Sequence record: LR746137
Length of the DNA: 64,000 nt
Source: Escherichia phage vB_EcoM_UP17
Direction: 5' to 3' (one strand)
Part shown: piece after piece, positions 55,796 to 64,000 of the stretch
Position numbering within the stretch: position 1 is the stretch's first letter
How the letters are laid out: each line of letters opens with the position of its first letter
Notes under the pieces: generated by a model
Told to the model about the DNA's origin: nothing
Seen by the model: the letters and a program-made list of their open reading frames with translations, nothing else
The model's database searches: none
Translations under genes and position numbers: made by a program

Positions 55796-56215
55796 ATGAA
55801 CATTAAATCAAATAATCCAGCTTACTCCTTCGACAACGCTTTTTGTCACGGTAGCGCCGCTAAAGGATTCGAAATCGATGGTAAATTGGTTATCGTGAAC
55901 GTTGACGGGGAAGAGGTTGCAGTATATCCGGTAAACGATGTTAAAAGCCGTTTACAATGCCGCATGGATGTTACCGCATATCAGCTTGATCCGATCCGTG
56001 TAGTTGCCCTGGTATTAGAGGAAGAGATCAAAGCAATGCATCACAGCAATAAGTTTATTGGTGACGCGCAGGATAATATGAACGTTTGCCGCCATAAAGT
56101 TAATGAAGCCTTGAAAGAGTATGGTTTTAAGGATCTGATGATTAAACGTGATGAAAAATTCCGCTTTCGTAATGACCTGGCAAACCGGATCTACTCAATC
56201 TATGAAGCGTTATAA
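55796..56215 (+). CDS. Early protein
   Basis: 139 aa, SD AAAGGACAA. Confidence 0.5.
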   Translation: MNIKSNNPAYSFDNAFCHGSAAKGFEIDGKLVIVNVDGEEVAVYPVNDVKSRLQCRMDVTAYQLDPIRVVALVLEEEIKAMHHSNKFIGDAQDNMNVCRHKVNEALKEYGFKDLMIKRDEKFRFRNDLANRIYSIYEAL

Positions 56216-56230
56216 TTGACAACAAAACAA

Positions 56231-56257
56231 GGGGCGCACCAAGCGCCCTTTCTTTTT
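56231..56257 (+). terminator. Rho-independent terminator closing the early array
   Basis: GGGGCGC-ACCAA-GCGCCC then TTTCTTTTT. Confidence 0.6.
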
Positions 56258-57028
56258 GCCCGAACAATGTTGATAGCTTTCGCCTATGAAAAACCGACAC
56301 AGAACAAAATTGAATAAATCGCGGTATCGAGCTAATCAACCATTAAACGAATAACCATACCTCCCAGGGTAACAGGCTGTTAGAGAGCCATTTAAAGCGG
56401 TTAAAATCGATCAACAACCAACAACAAACCATCAAAAACACCCTTTTACCTCCTTTCTAGTGCAATGATAACCATTATCATCTATCCATGTTTATCTATG
56501 CAATATAAGTGCATAACTATAATGTTGATAATAGTTCGCAACAACTAACTAACCAACAACCTAAAACAATAAGCAAACTAATCATAATCAAAGGAATAAT
56601 AGCAAGATGATTGATAACGACAAACAATCAAACCATGATGAATACTAAGCAAGATAACGATAACACGACAAAACAACCAACTAACGAACAATAACAAACG
56701 AAACCATTAAAATAACAACTATTAGCAAAATAGTGCCTGAATGAAATCATTACAAAACGAATCATTCACAGAGTCATCATTAGCACGCTATGCCGGACAC
56801 ATAGCGAGCTAATAATAAGCCAACTACACCCCAACAATCATAACCATCGGTGATGGTTATTTCTTGTTACTGCGTAGCTTGCAATAATTGCAAGCGTAAT
56901 TACGCTTACACTTATTGCGCTGGCTTATTATTAGCATTATATGTAATTACTGAGATCATAACATTAGCGCAATAACAATAATCATTGTGGTAATTACGTA
57001 AGGAAACAATTAGCATGGCAATAATTAT

Positions 57029-57176
57029 GGGGGCAATGGGAGGATGATTATCATCATTCCGATACATTGCACACTATGCACATAATGAGATAAAAAGCAA
57101 TACTTTTGGGGGCGAAATGTTACCGCCACAGGCGGGAATGTTGAGCACTAAGAAAAGAGCAAATATTACGGGGGCG
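57029..57176. repeat. Three iteron-like GGGGGC(G/A)A direct repeats
   Basis: GGGGGCA at 57029, GGGGGCG at 57108 and 57170, each in TNNGGGGGCNAAT context. Confidence 0.45.
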
Positions 57177-57275
57177 AATACTATCGCTACGCGATATGTT
57201 AAGCACCTTCTCTTAAACGTAAATAAAATCAGAAAATTCTTGATTTATTTTGGCTTTTATGTTAATAAACGTTTA

Positions 57276-57296
57276 AATAATAATCATTCTCATATA
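57276..57296. promoter_or_regulatory. Fur-box-like motif 3
   Basis: AATAATAATCATTCTCATATA; ATAATCATTCTCAT identical to motif 2. Confidence 0.35.
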
Positions 57297-57453
57297 AATA
57301 ATAGTCTGCTTGTCATGAGCGGGATCAGTTGACAGTGTTCCGTCATATGATGAAGTTGCCAACCCCTTGATAAATAAGTGTTTGTGTGATTTATAATCAA
57401 GTGGCCCACCTTGTCGCTACGTTGGCATGAAGCTTGCATAAGTCATTGAATAC

Positions 57454-57478
57454 GAATGATAATTATTCTCATTCGCAT
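57454..57478. promoter_or_regulatory. Fur-box-like motif 4
   Basis: GAATGATAATTATTCTCATTCGCAT. Confidence 0.35.
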
Positions 57479-57589
57479 GATATTTGGGAATTGTCGCTGC
57501 GTGGACCTGACGGCCCGAAAATTCGCGTTAAGCACTTCTTACGTATACGCCATGATTATTGCCATATCATATTGATTCTATTAGATATT

Positions 57590-57787
57590 CTTGCCATGAT
57601 TGCCATGAAACAGGGTGTGTCGAAATAATCTCTCCCCGTAGATATTTTGGGTTACTTTTTATACAAGAGTAGGGTGTCAAAAATAATCGGTATATATGGG
57701 ATAATTGATAGGAATCCCCTATGATAATTCGATTGTAATTCCCTAAGATTGATCGTATGATGTTGGTGATTGATGATTGCCATGAAA
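57590..57787. repeat. TTGCCATGA-type short repeats
   Basis: CTTGCCATG/ATTGCCATGAAA tandem at 57590-57610, GATTGCCATGAAA again at 57775-57787. Confidence 0.4.
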
Positions 57788-57814
57788 GATGGCTAACGAT
57801 GAGAGGGGATTATC

Positions 57815-58159
57815 ATGCAAGAGAGTAAAAATGTTCCGTTGAGTAGTTTACGTCTAATGAAGTTTTACAAAGCTTGGCTTGCTGGTGAGGTAGAAGGTCA
57901 CACAACGAGTGGTTTGTGCATATGTTTGATTAAGTATGTAGAGGGAACATATCCTGATGAACTGTTACCTCGTCTACAACAGGAGATGAGATCACAATTT
58001 ATTAGTGCAGGGTTGGATTACAATTTCCCGTTTAATGAGGGTGGCTATGAGGAATACACGTTTGAACATAGAGCATGTATTTGCCATAAAAACAAACATC
58101 GTATACAATGGGTGCTAGATAGAATTCAAGATTACGAAGGAGAGAAAAATGACAAATAA
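57815..58159 (+). CDS. Small protein, paralog family A (copy 1)
   Basis: Shared FYKAW...TTSGLCxCL...AGLDYNxPFN...RxQWVxDRI. Confidence 0.5.
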   Translation: MQESKNVPLSSLRLMKFYKAWLAGEVEGHTTSGLCICLIKYVEGTYPDELLPRLQQEMRSQFISAGLDYNFPFNEGGYEEYTFEHRACICHKNKHRIQWVLDRIQDYEGEKNDK

Positions 58160-58517
58160 TATTCCGTTGAGCAGTGCAGAATTGCTTCGCTTCTATAAAG
58201 CATGGATTGCCAACTATCCTGCAATGAATCGCACAACGAGTGGCTTATGTGGTTGTCTGGTAGATTATGTAGATGATTTTGTTGGTGAGACAACTAGAGA
58301 AGAAGATAGAAGATGGCGGGATAGTTTGTTGGACCGCTTGAAATATGAAATGAGGAAACAATTTACATGTGCAGGGCTGGACTACAATCTTCCGTTCAAT
58401 GCAGATTGCATGGATTACCTTTCAGAGTGTATAAACTTGGCGTGTCATACCAACACGTTACGTCTTCAATGGGTAAAAGACAGAATTGAAGATGCAAATA
58501 ATGCTTGCATTGAATAA
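58149..58517 (+). CDS. Small protein, paralog family A (copy 2)
   Basis: Same conserved blocks as 57815 ORF. Confidence 0.5.
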   Translation: MTNNIPLSSAELLRFYKAWIANYPAMNRTTSGLCGCLVDYVDDFVGETTREEDRRWRDSLLDRLKYEMRKQFTCAGLDYNLPFNADCMDYLSECINLACHTNTLRLQWVKDRIEDANNACIE

Positions 58518-58566
58518 AGATGTTTGTATAATGGATGACATAACAGATAGCCAATGAGGAGATGAA

Positions 58567-58788
58567 ATGAAAAAGTTGAAAACTGTCGCAATGTTCCTGA
58601 CTGATCCTACACGTGTGCAAGCACTGGCTAAAGCCAGTCGTGTAGCTGTAGAATTCCAAAACTTTAAGCCGTCCGTTGTGACAGGCAGTGAAACGTGTGT
58701 TATCGATTTCATTAACGAATACTTCCGAGGGAATCCGGTTGGTCGTTACTTCATTAAAAACTTGAAGGATGCGGAGCAGGTACAATGA
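58567..58788 (+). CDS. Hypothetical small protein
   Basis: 73 aa, SD GAGGAG. Confidence 0.5.
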   Translation: MKKLKTVAMFLTDPTRVQALAKASRVAVEFQNFKPSVVTGSETCVIDFINEYFRGNPVGRYFIKNLKDAEQVQ

Positions 58789-59024
58789 TCCTTCCAGTAG
58801 ATAATGAGATAGCTATGAATGTTCTGGATACAGAATACTTCTACAATCACTACTCTGAGACAGAGTGGATGAACACGCAAACTCTAAAAGAGAAGACGCA
58901 AGCTTTGATTAAGTGTGATCGCTACTTGCAACGTGCCGAGGAAGATAATATAACATTAGCATCTCGCGCACGACGCGTTTCTATTTTCAATAAAATGTTA
59001 GCATTATGGGGAGGTAGAAAATGA
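58785..59024 (+). CDS. Hypothetical small protein
   Basis: 79 aa, ATGA overlap. Confidence 0.5.
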   Translation: MILPVDNEIAMNVLDTEYFYNHYSETEWMNTQTLKEKTQALIKCDRYLQRAEEDNITLASRARRVSIFNKMLALWGGRK

Positions 59025-59482
59025 GACAACCATCTATACTGGAAGCGCATGTGCAATGTGTTGTAGATTATGTCAAAGAACACTCAAGTTTGTTGAATGT
59101 AACCTGTGCAGTGCAAAACGATGTAGGTATTGTCTGTGTGCAACATATCTTATCTGAAACTCGTTATGAAGTATTTCGTGCCACGTTGTTTGGATGTGAT
59201 CGAGTGCATGTAAACTTCCTGGACTCCAATTATCGTTATGCTTTAGAAAATATTGATGATTATCTTCCTTGCTCTCCGACCGGATATGTGATGATAGCAG
59301 CAAATGAAATAACACCAAGCAACAGTGAGCGGGAAGCTTTGTTACGGAAGAAAATACGCCAACTGCAAGTGTTGAATGAACTGAAAGAAGAGATCGAAAA
59401 AGAACTAAAAGAAGATTTTGGTATGCTTCCAAAAGATGCTTTGAAATGGTATGATGAGTTAGGAGGAGAAAGTTATGAATAA
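59021..59482 (+). CDS. Hypothetical protein
   Basis: 153 aa, ATGA overlap. Confidence 0.5.
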   Translation: MRQPSILEAHVQCVVDYVKEHSSLLNVTCAVQNDVGIVCVQHILSETRYEVFRATLFGCDRVHVNFLDSNYRYALENIDDYLPCSPTGYVMIAANEITPSNSEREALLRKKIRQLQVLNELKEEIEKELKEDFGMLPKDALKWYDELGGESYE

Positions 59483-59669
59483 AGGAACTACTGTATATTT
59501 AGTGACTAAGAACACCCCAGGTTGGAGTCAGTGCACAACAACTCCATATAAAATCTGTGCAACACTGGAATTAGCACAACGTGCAGAAGCAGAAGTTGAT
59601 GCTATGCGATACAGTTACGGTGAAATCATTCCTTTTACTCTTGAACAAGAAGGAGCACATCATGTTTAA
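59475..59669 (+). CDS. Hypothetical small protein
   Basis: 64 aa, SD GGAGGAG. Confidence 0.45.
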   Translation: MNKGTTVYLVTKNTPGWSQCTTTPYKICATLELAQRAEAEVDAMRYSYGEIIPFTLEQEGAHHV

Positions 59670-60117
59670 AGTAGGGTTTACTTATAAATTCAAAAGCGTT
59701 GCTGACCAAGGAGATATGGCAACACATGACAAAGCAAATATTGCTGTTTGCCAAGTGATTGGAAACGAAGTTTTCAAAGTTATGAATACAGATGATAAGT
59801 ATGGTCATGTTCTTGAGTTTTATATCAATGGTACCCTCTATACAGCAGGTGTTACCCCAGGGTTTAATTCGTATACTTATTTGATTGATAACGAAGAATT
59901 TAAATATTTTGAAGAAGTAAAGGAGGAAACAATGGGTAAAGCAGAACCACAATGGCATGTTGTGATCGTAGGATCAGAGTGTGTAGATGTTTGTTCTAGT
60001 TTTGAAAAAGCTTCTGAAGTCGCTACAAAAGCTAAGAAGGATTATCCGTCGAAGACGGTTGAGATTTACACTCGTGTTGCAGTAGCAAACGCCACAATCA
60101 CTATTGATAAGGAGTAA
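59662..60117 (+). CDS. Protein, paralog family B (copy 1)
   Basis: ATG 59662 after AAGGAG; MFKVGxxYKF start and VEIYTRVAVAN tail shared with 60123 ORF. Confidence 0.5.
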   Translation: MFKVGFTYKFKSVADQGDMATHDKANIAVCQVIGNEVFKVMNTDDKYGHVLEFYINGTLYTAGVTPGFNSYTYLIDNEEFKYFEEVKEETMGKAEPQWHVVIVGSECVDVCSSFEKASEVATKAKKDYPSKTVEIYTRVAVANATITIDKE

Positions 60118-60122
60118 AGCCA

Positions 60123-60581
60123 ATGTTCAAAGAAGGTCATGTCTACCGTTTCCAGGATGAAGATTATATGCGACTATATTCTACCTTTGATAGCAGTATT
60201 GCTGCTATCATTGGAGAGAATTTTTTCGAGGTGTTGAGCACTGATGCAAATGGTAATATCTTGTCAATGGTTGTAATAGGTATGAGAGACGGTATTATCA
60301 CTGCTGGTGATGGGGATCGTTACATAATCAATTCTGCTCATATAGATTATTTTGTTGACGGTGGTGTTCGTGGTGGTCGTGGAAAACCCCAAGAAGAACC
60401 TGTTGATACAACAAAAGAAGAGTGGTATGTTGTAATGACTGATGACACCTGTATTTCTGGATTTGAAAGTTATGAAGAAGCTTTGAAAGAAGCAGCAGAG
60501 CATAAAATGGCTAATCCTACAGAAGAGGTTGAAGTTTATAAACGTTTGGTTGTTGCTACCATCGGCGTATCTTTTGTTTAA
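60123..60581 (+). CDS. Protein, paralog family B (copy 2)
   Basis: MFKEGHVYRF ... VEVYKRLVVAT. Confidence 0.5.
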   Translation: MFKEGHVYRFQDEDYMRLYSTFDSSIAAIIGENFFEVLSTDANGNILSMVVIGMRDGIITAGDGDRYIINSAHIDYFVDGGVRGGRGKPQEEPVDTTKEEWYVVMTDDTCISGFESYEEALKEAAEHKMANPTEEVEVYKRLVVATIGVSFV

Positions 60582-60593
60582 AAGGGGAATGTT

Positions 60594-61031
60594 ATGTTTA
60601 AAGTTAATGCTGTTTACTGTTTCAAAAGCAAAGCTGCATGTGAAGCTTTCTCTATGATCTCTGATGAAAATTTCAAAATGGCAGCTTTGATTGAAGGGTC
60701 TTGTTTCCGCGTCGAAGATGTTAGTGAATCAGGCTCTGTTTGCTCATTGACTTTATTGGACAGCGGAGATATTATTAAAGCTGGACAGTATCCGTTCAGG
60801 AGTTGGGAGATATTGTTAGCTCGCGGAGAGCGTAACTTTTTTATGTGCGTGTCTGCGGGGGAAGTTGTGAAAGAAACTAAGGATGTTTCTGTTTACAATT
60901 CTGAATTTATAAGTTATAGTGAGTATCAACATCTGGAAGGCATTGTTGGTCACTTGTTATCTCTGATTGACGTTGAATGTGACCTGCCTGAATCATTGAA
61001 AGAAGAGTTGAAAGCATTAGATCTGTTATAA
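60594..61031 (+). CDS. Protein, family B-related N-terminus (copy 3)
   Basis: MFKVNAVYCF start. Confidence 0.45.
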   Translation: MFKVNAVYCFKSKAACEAFSMISDENFKMAALIEGSCFRVEDVSESGSVCSLTLLDSGDIIKAGQYPFRSWEILLARGERNFFMCVSAGEVVKETKDVSVYNSEFISYSEYQHLEGIVGHLLSLIDVECDLPESLKEELKALDLL

Positions 61032-61058
61032 TGTTTCGCACAACGAAAGGAGAATAAG

Positions 61059-61358
61059 ATGAATCTGACCGAACAGTTACGCCGTATTGCAAAAGAAGCT
61101 TCCTTCAACTTCCCTGTTGAAGAAGTGATCGAGACATGTTTTGCTGAAGCACGAGCGGGAAACTCTTCAAGAAATTTCACGCCATCTGATTTTGGTCTGG
61201 ATAATTCACCTACCCACCCAGGGGAGATCTACAATCAGGTGAAGTGGATGGATGAAGCAGTAGCAATTCTTCGTGAGCGTGGGCTTATTGTTTATAAAGA
61301 AATGGATCTGAACGGGGCATACGAGTGGATCACTATTGATTGGTCCGAGGTGAAATGA
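61059..61358 (+). CDS. Hypothetical protein
   Basis: 99 aa, SD AAGGAG. Confidence 0.5.
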   Translation: MNLTEQLRRIAKEASFNFPVEEVIETCFAEARAGNSSRNFTPSDFGLDNSPTHPGEIYNQVKWMDEAVAILRERGLIVYKEMDLNGAYEWITIDWSEVK

Positions 61359-61591
61359 TGAAAGGTAATAAGATGAAAGTTAATCAGGCACCGAGCGCAT
61401 ACACTTTGTGGCTTGCGCGAGCGTTACACCAGACGATCAAAAACCCTAAGAAGCCAATGAAGAGCGGGAAGAAGTTTATGTCTAAGGGCAAAACAACCTT
61501 TGGCTTCACTCGTATGTCTGTTAAGATGAAAAGACTGGGGTATAAGCCAAACTACGCTCGTTACCCTTCTGAATACAACTGGTTCGACTAA
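61355..61591 (+). CDS. Hypothetical basic small protein
   Basis: ATG 61355 after GAGGTG, ATGA overlap; alternative starts 61358 or 61373. Confidence 0.4.
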   Translation: MMKGNKMKVNQAPSAYTLWLARALHQTIKNPKKPMKSGKKFMSKGKTTFGFTRMSVKMKRLGYKPNYARYPSEYNWFD

Positions 61592-61606
61592 AAAGGAGAA
61601 CAAAAC

Positions 61607-61825
61607 ATGAAAACATCTATTCGCGTAAAACATGATCCAAACAGCAGTTACCCATACGCATATGTTGAACGTCATGAAGGGGACTATTACACCATAAAAC
61701 GTAAAGTCCCAACTGATACAGGGTTTAACTTTGATGTTATTGCACTGGATGATCAAGGTGTTGATAATCTGGTGAATGCATTACTCGCATTGAAGGAAGT
61801 ACGATATGAAAATCCGACTAATTGA
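61607..61825 (+). CDS. Hypothetical small protein
   Basis: 72 aa, SD AAGGAG. Confidence 0.5.
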   Translation: MKTSIRVKHDPNSSYPYAYVERHEGDYYTIKRKVPTDTGFNFDVIALDDQGVDNLVNALLALKEVRYENPTN

Positions 61826-61997
61826 AAAGGGTGATACCATCTTCGAAACCCGTAAAGGTGAAATCACAGAGATTCCAGAAGAAAGATCAACAATCCTTGT
61901 TGATGGTGTTTTGAAATATTGCTGTAGTGTCTATAAATCTTACGAGAAGGATCAGTATGGCGATCCAGAAATCTGGTTTGTAGGAGATGTGTATTAA
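61806..61997 (+). CDS. Hypothetical small protein
   Basis: 63 aa ORF. Confidence 0.45.
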   Translation: MKIRLIEKGDTIFETRKGEITEIPEERSTILVDGVLKYCCSVYKSYEKDQYGDPEIWFVGDVY

Positions 61998-62006
61998 GGG
62001 GGTAAA

Positions 62007-62366
62007 ATGAGCGGAGAATTTCGTAAAGTAAAAGATATCTCCTTGTTTGAAGGAGATGTTGTTAGGATCAACGGAAGATTGTTAAAATTTCACCAATTGA
62101 TGTATCCAAGCACAACACGCAATGTGATGGTGATCTTCCAGGACGCTTTTGCTGCCAGCGATTACACTCCGTATTCAGCAGAAACTGAAGTATATTTTGA
62201 AGGATATGTTGATCGACCACTTGCAAAAGAGATGTGGGACAAGTATCATATAAACATTACAGATTCACGGGGTGTCTTCTGGAACTACCCTAGCGAAGGT
62301 AAAGTGGCTTTCGATTCTTGTGATCGTTTAGCCGAAGAGATTGCCGAATGGCGTGATGCTAACTAA
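62007..62366 (+). CDS. Hypothetical protein
   Basis: 119 aa, SD AGGGGG. Confidence 0.5.
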   Translation: MSGEFRKVKDISLFEGDVVRINGRLLKFHQLMYPSTTRNVMVIFQDAFAASDYTPYSAETEVYFEGYVDRPLAKEMWDKYHINITDSRGVFWNYPSEGKVAFDSCDRLAEEIAEWRDAN

Positions 62367-62381
62367 AACAGGAGAAAGATT

Positions 62382-62558
62382 ATGGCTACTTTTCAACAAC
62401 TAAAAGACGTTTCACGTCTAGTAAGAAAAATCCGAGAGGCAGACGCTGCTGTGCGGAATGCACTAACGCCAGCAGAGCGTGAAGATCTTGAAGATGAGGT
62501 GAAAACAGCCGAGAATGCTTTTGCTGCGTATCTTTCAACACTGTATACAGGAGGTTAA
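62382..62558 (+). CDS. Small protein (58 aa), not in ORF track
   Basis: ATG after CAGGAG, stop overlaps next ATG (TAAATG). Confidence 0.45.
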   Translation: MATFQQLKDVSRLVRKIREADAAVRNALTPAEREDLEDEVKTAENAFAAYLSTLYTGG

Positions 62559-62873
62559 ATGTCAGAGGAACTTAAAGAATTTTATCAGGCATATCATAAC
62601 TGGCTATTAGCTGGTGCTCCAGATAATAATCCTTTCTGGCATGATAAAGGTTTGTGCAGTTGCCTCTATCTTTGGTCTGGTGGCTATGATGATCTAAATT
62701 ATGAAATGCAAATGCAATTTCGAGAAGCAGGGTTGTCTGAAGAATACCCGTTTGATGACGGAGACTGGTTTAAATATGATTTTGCACAAAGAAACGGGCT
62801 ATTGCATTTGAATGCCGCCCGTATAAAATGGGTAAAAGACCATGCTACACAGGAGGATGTGCAATGCCAATAG
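62559..62873 (+). CDS. Small protein, paralog family A (copy 3)
   Basis: FYQAY...KGLCSCL...AGLSEEYPFD...RIKWVKD. Confidence 0.5.
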   Translation: MSEELKEFYQAYHNWLLAGAPDNNPFWHDKGLCSCLYLWSGGYDDLNYEMQMQFREAGLSEEYPFDDGDWFKYDFAQRNGLLHLNAARIKWVKDHATQEDVQCQ

Positions 62874-63064
62874 TGTTTAGTTTCTTAGTAATTGTTATGG
62901 TTGTTCTTTTCGCGGCATGGCTTTGGGATTTTGACCCAGGAGCAGCGCAGCAAAGAGCTACAGACTGGAAAGAACAATGTATTGTGCTCAAACATGAACG
63001 AAATGCGGAGAAATTTCTTGACCTGGAGTGTGATCGCCTTGTAAGATACAAGCAAGATAAATAA
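62864..63064 (+). CDS. Small membrane protein
   Basis: ATG 62864 after GGAGG; TM helix. Confidence 0.45.
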   Translation: MPIVFSFLVIVMVVLFAAWLWDFDPGAAQQRATDWKEQCIVLKHERNAEKFLDLECDRLVRYKQDK

Positions 63065-63078
63065 CCTTGAGGTGCAAA

Positions 63079-63267
63079 ATGGTAATTGAGATTAAACTTG
63101 AATATGCTGGGGCTGTTGCTCTGATCGCACAAATGCTTGGAGCAAAGATTGAAGAAGTGTATATCAATGCCTGGAGCGTAGAGATTGATGTTCCTATGGA
63201 CAACATTGCTAATCGCTTGCTGGTGGCAGAGTGTGAACGCACCAACATAATCTACAAAGGAGCATAA
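63079..63267 (+). CDS. Hypothetical small protein
   Basis: ATG 63079 after GAGGTG. Confidence 0.45.
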   Translation: MVIEIKLEYAGAVALIAQMLGAKIEEVYINAWSVEIDVPMDNIANRLLVAECERTNIIYKGA

Positions 63268-63268
63268 T

Positions 63269-63490
63269 ATGAAAATTAGAGTTTGTGATGTATTGGGTTA
63301 TGTTGGTTTTGAGAATGTTCAGATTCCTTTTGTTGTTGAAGCGCATCTTGTTAGCGATGATATGACAACATTCTTTGTTACGATAGAAGAAATGTCCAAA
63401 GTTGAGGGATGGGAGTGGTTTGAAGAAGATGTTTGGGAAGGTTGTGATTACGTATTTTTCTCTGACGAAGTGAATGTTCTTTCGGAGTAG
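63269..63490 (+). CDS. Hypothetical small acidic protein
   Basis: 73 aa, SD AAGGAG. Confidence 0.5.
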   Translation: MKIRVCDVLGYVGFENVQIPFVVEAHLVSDDMTTFFVTIEEMSKVEGWEWFEEDVWEGCDYVFFSDEVNVLSE

Positions 63491-63492
63491 GT

Positions 63493-63699
63493 ATGTCTTG
63501 TTTTACAAAAGCAGTGTCCATATGTAAGAAACAGTATGAAAGTGATTACGGAATATTTAATATTCCAGCAGATCATACAGAGTATTGTTCATGTGGTGGC
63601 AGAATGAAGAAAACAGTGATTTATGCGGATAATGGAGATGAACTTGTTCCAGTTATGGTTTGCAAAGCTTGTCATTCTGTTAAAACATTAAAAGCGTAA
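63493..63699 (+). CDS. Small zinc-ribbon protein
   Basis: CSCGG ... CKAC. Confidence 0.45.
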   Translation: MSCFTKAVSICKKQYESDYGIFNIPADHTEYCSCGGRMKKTVIYADNGDELVPVMVCKACHSVKTLKA

Positions 63700-63702
63700 G
63701 GA

Positions 63703-63775
63703 GTCGGGACACCCGACGATTGGAGCTAAAAATTTTGCGTACAACCCTTTCCGCCCAACAGGGGCGCGTCGGGTA
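63703..63775 (+). promoter_or_regulatory. GC-rich structured intergenic element
   Basis: GTCGGG-ACA-CCCGAC hairpin; ACCCGACG pairs with CGTCGGGT about 50 nt on. Confidence 0.3.
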
Positions 63776-63794
63776 AATAAAGAGGAGAGTTTAT

Positions 63795-64000
63795 ATGAAA
63801 AAGATCATCGTAGGTTTATTGTTACTCATTGCATCACTCGGAACAGCAAATGCGTCTCAAGTTTATGAGTGTGTGTCAGATGTGGTTGTTAAAAATCTGA
63901 AAGGTGAAGTGATTTCTGGTCCTAAGAAAATGGCTTCTGTTGTCATTAATAAAGATAACTCCTTTATCCTTAAAAATTCAGGTGGTGCTTTGATGAGTGG
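63795..64000 (+). CDS. Secreted protein (5' partial, runs off window)
   Basis: ATG after AGAGGAGAG; signal peptide MKKIIVGLLLLIASLGTANA. Confidence 0.45.
   Translation, partial: MKKIIVGLLLLIASLGTANASQVYECVSDVVVKNLKGEVISGPKKMASVVINKDNSFILKNSGGALMS

Larger units (their letters stand above)
56258..57814. repeat. 1.5 kb non-coding repeat-rich region (candidate origin, packaging or injection-control site)
   Basis: No credible ORF; A+C-rich top strand about 56340-56800; palindromes TTGCAATAATTGCAA and CGTAATTACG; several motif families. Confidence 0.5.

Noticed and set aside
45331-56257. Recurring GC-rich hairpins could look like a CRISPR array
   Set aside because: Units are 150-400 bp apart, irregularly spaced, each with its own promoter and a translated ORF between them; several distinct hairpin sequences; no constant-length spacers or cas genes.
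57117-57628. Track ORFs 57117-57332 and 57434-57628 in the repeat-rich region
   Set aside because: No SD, translations dominated by repeat sequence (LNNNHSHINN, ILAMIAMK), embedded in iteron and palindrome DNA; more likely non-coding.
1-64000. Prophage or mobile-element signatures (integrase, transposase, att sites, IS inverted repeats)
   Set aside because: No ORF with integrase or transposase motifs and no terminal inverted repeats bracketing a cassette; organisation is that of a virulent phage.

Overview
This 64 kb window reads as a gene-dense segment of a large virulent tailed phage with an enterobacterial-style promoter grammar (TTGACA-N16/17-TATAAT). All calls rest on motif recognition by eye; no database search was run. 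Left arm (1-38073) is transcribed almost entirely leftward: a tail fibre gene, then an SSB-like protein, family A DNA polymerase, N6-adenine methyltransferase, T7 gp4-like primase-helicase, four glycosyltransferase-like genes, a secreted cell-wall hydrolase, a ~10 kb Ter-like module (TerD, vWA, TelA-like, SprT-like, TerC, macro, PRTase-like, HAD-like), anaerobic ribonucleotide reductase NrdD/NrdG, a MazG-like protein and an SF1 helicase. Right arm (38188-64000) is transcribed rightward and consists mostly of small early-type genes. Between 45.3 and 56.3 kb about 25 of these genes are each preceded by a promoter followed within about 10 nt by a conserved GC-rich hairpin. That array is flanked by two non-coding zones (44.15-45.3 kb and 56.26-57.8 kb) carrying Fur-box-like motifs, iteron-like repeats and a GC-rich island with an opposite-strand gene. 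No rRNA, tRNA, CRISPR array or mobile element could be supported. Coordinates of features not taken from the ORF track were derived by hand-counting from track anchors and may be off by a few nt.
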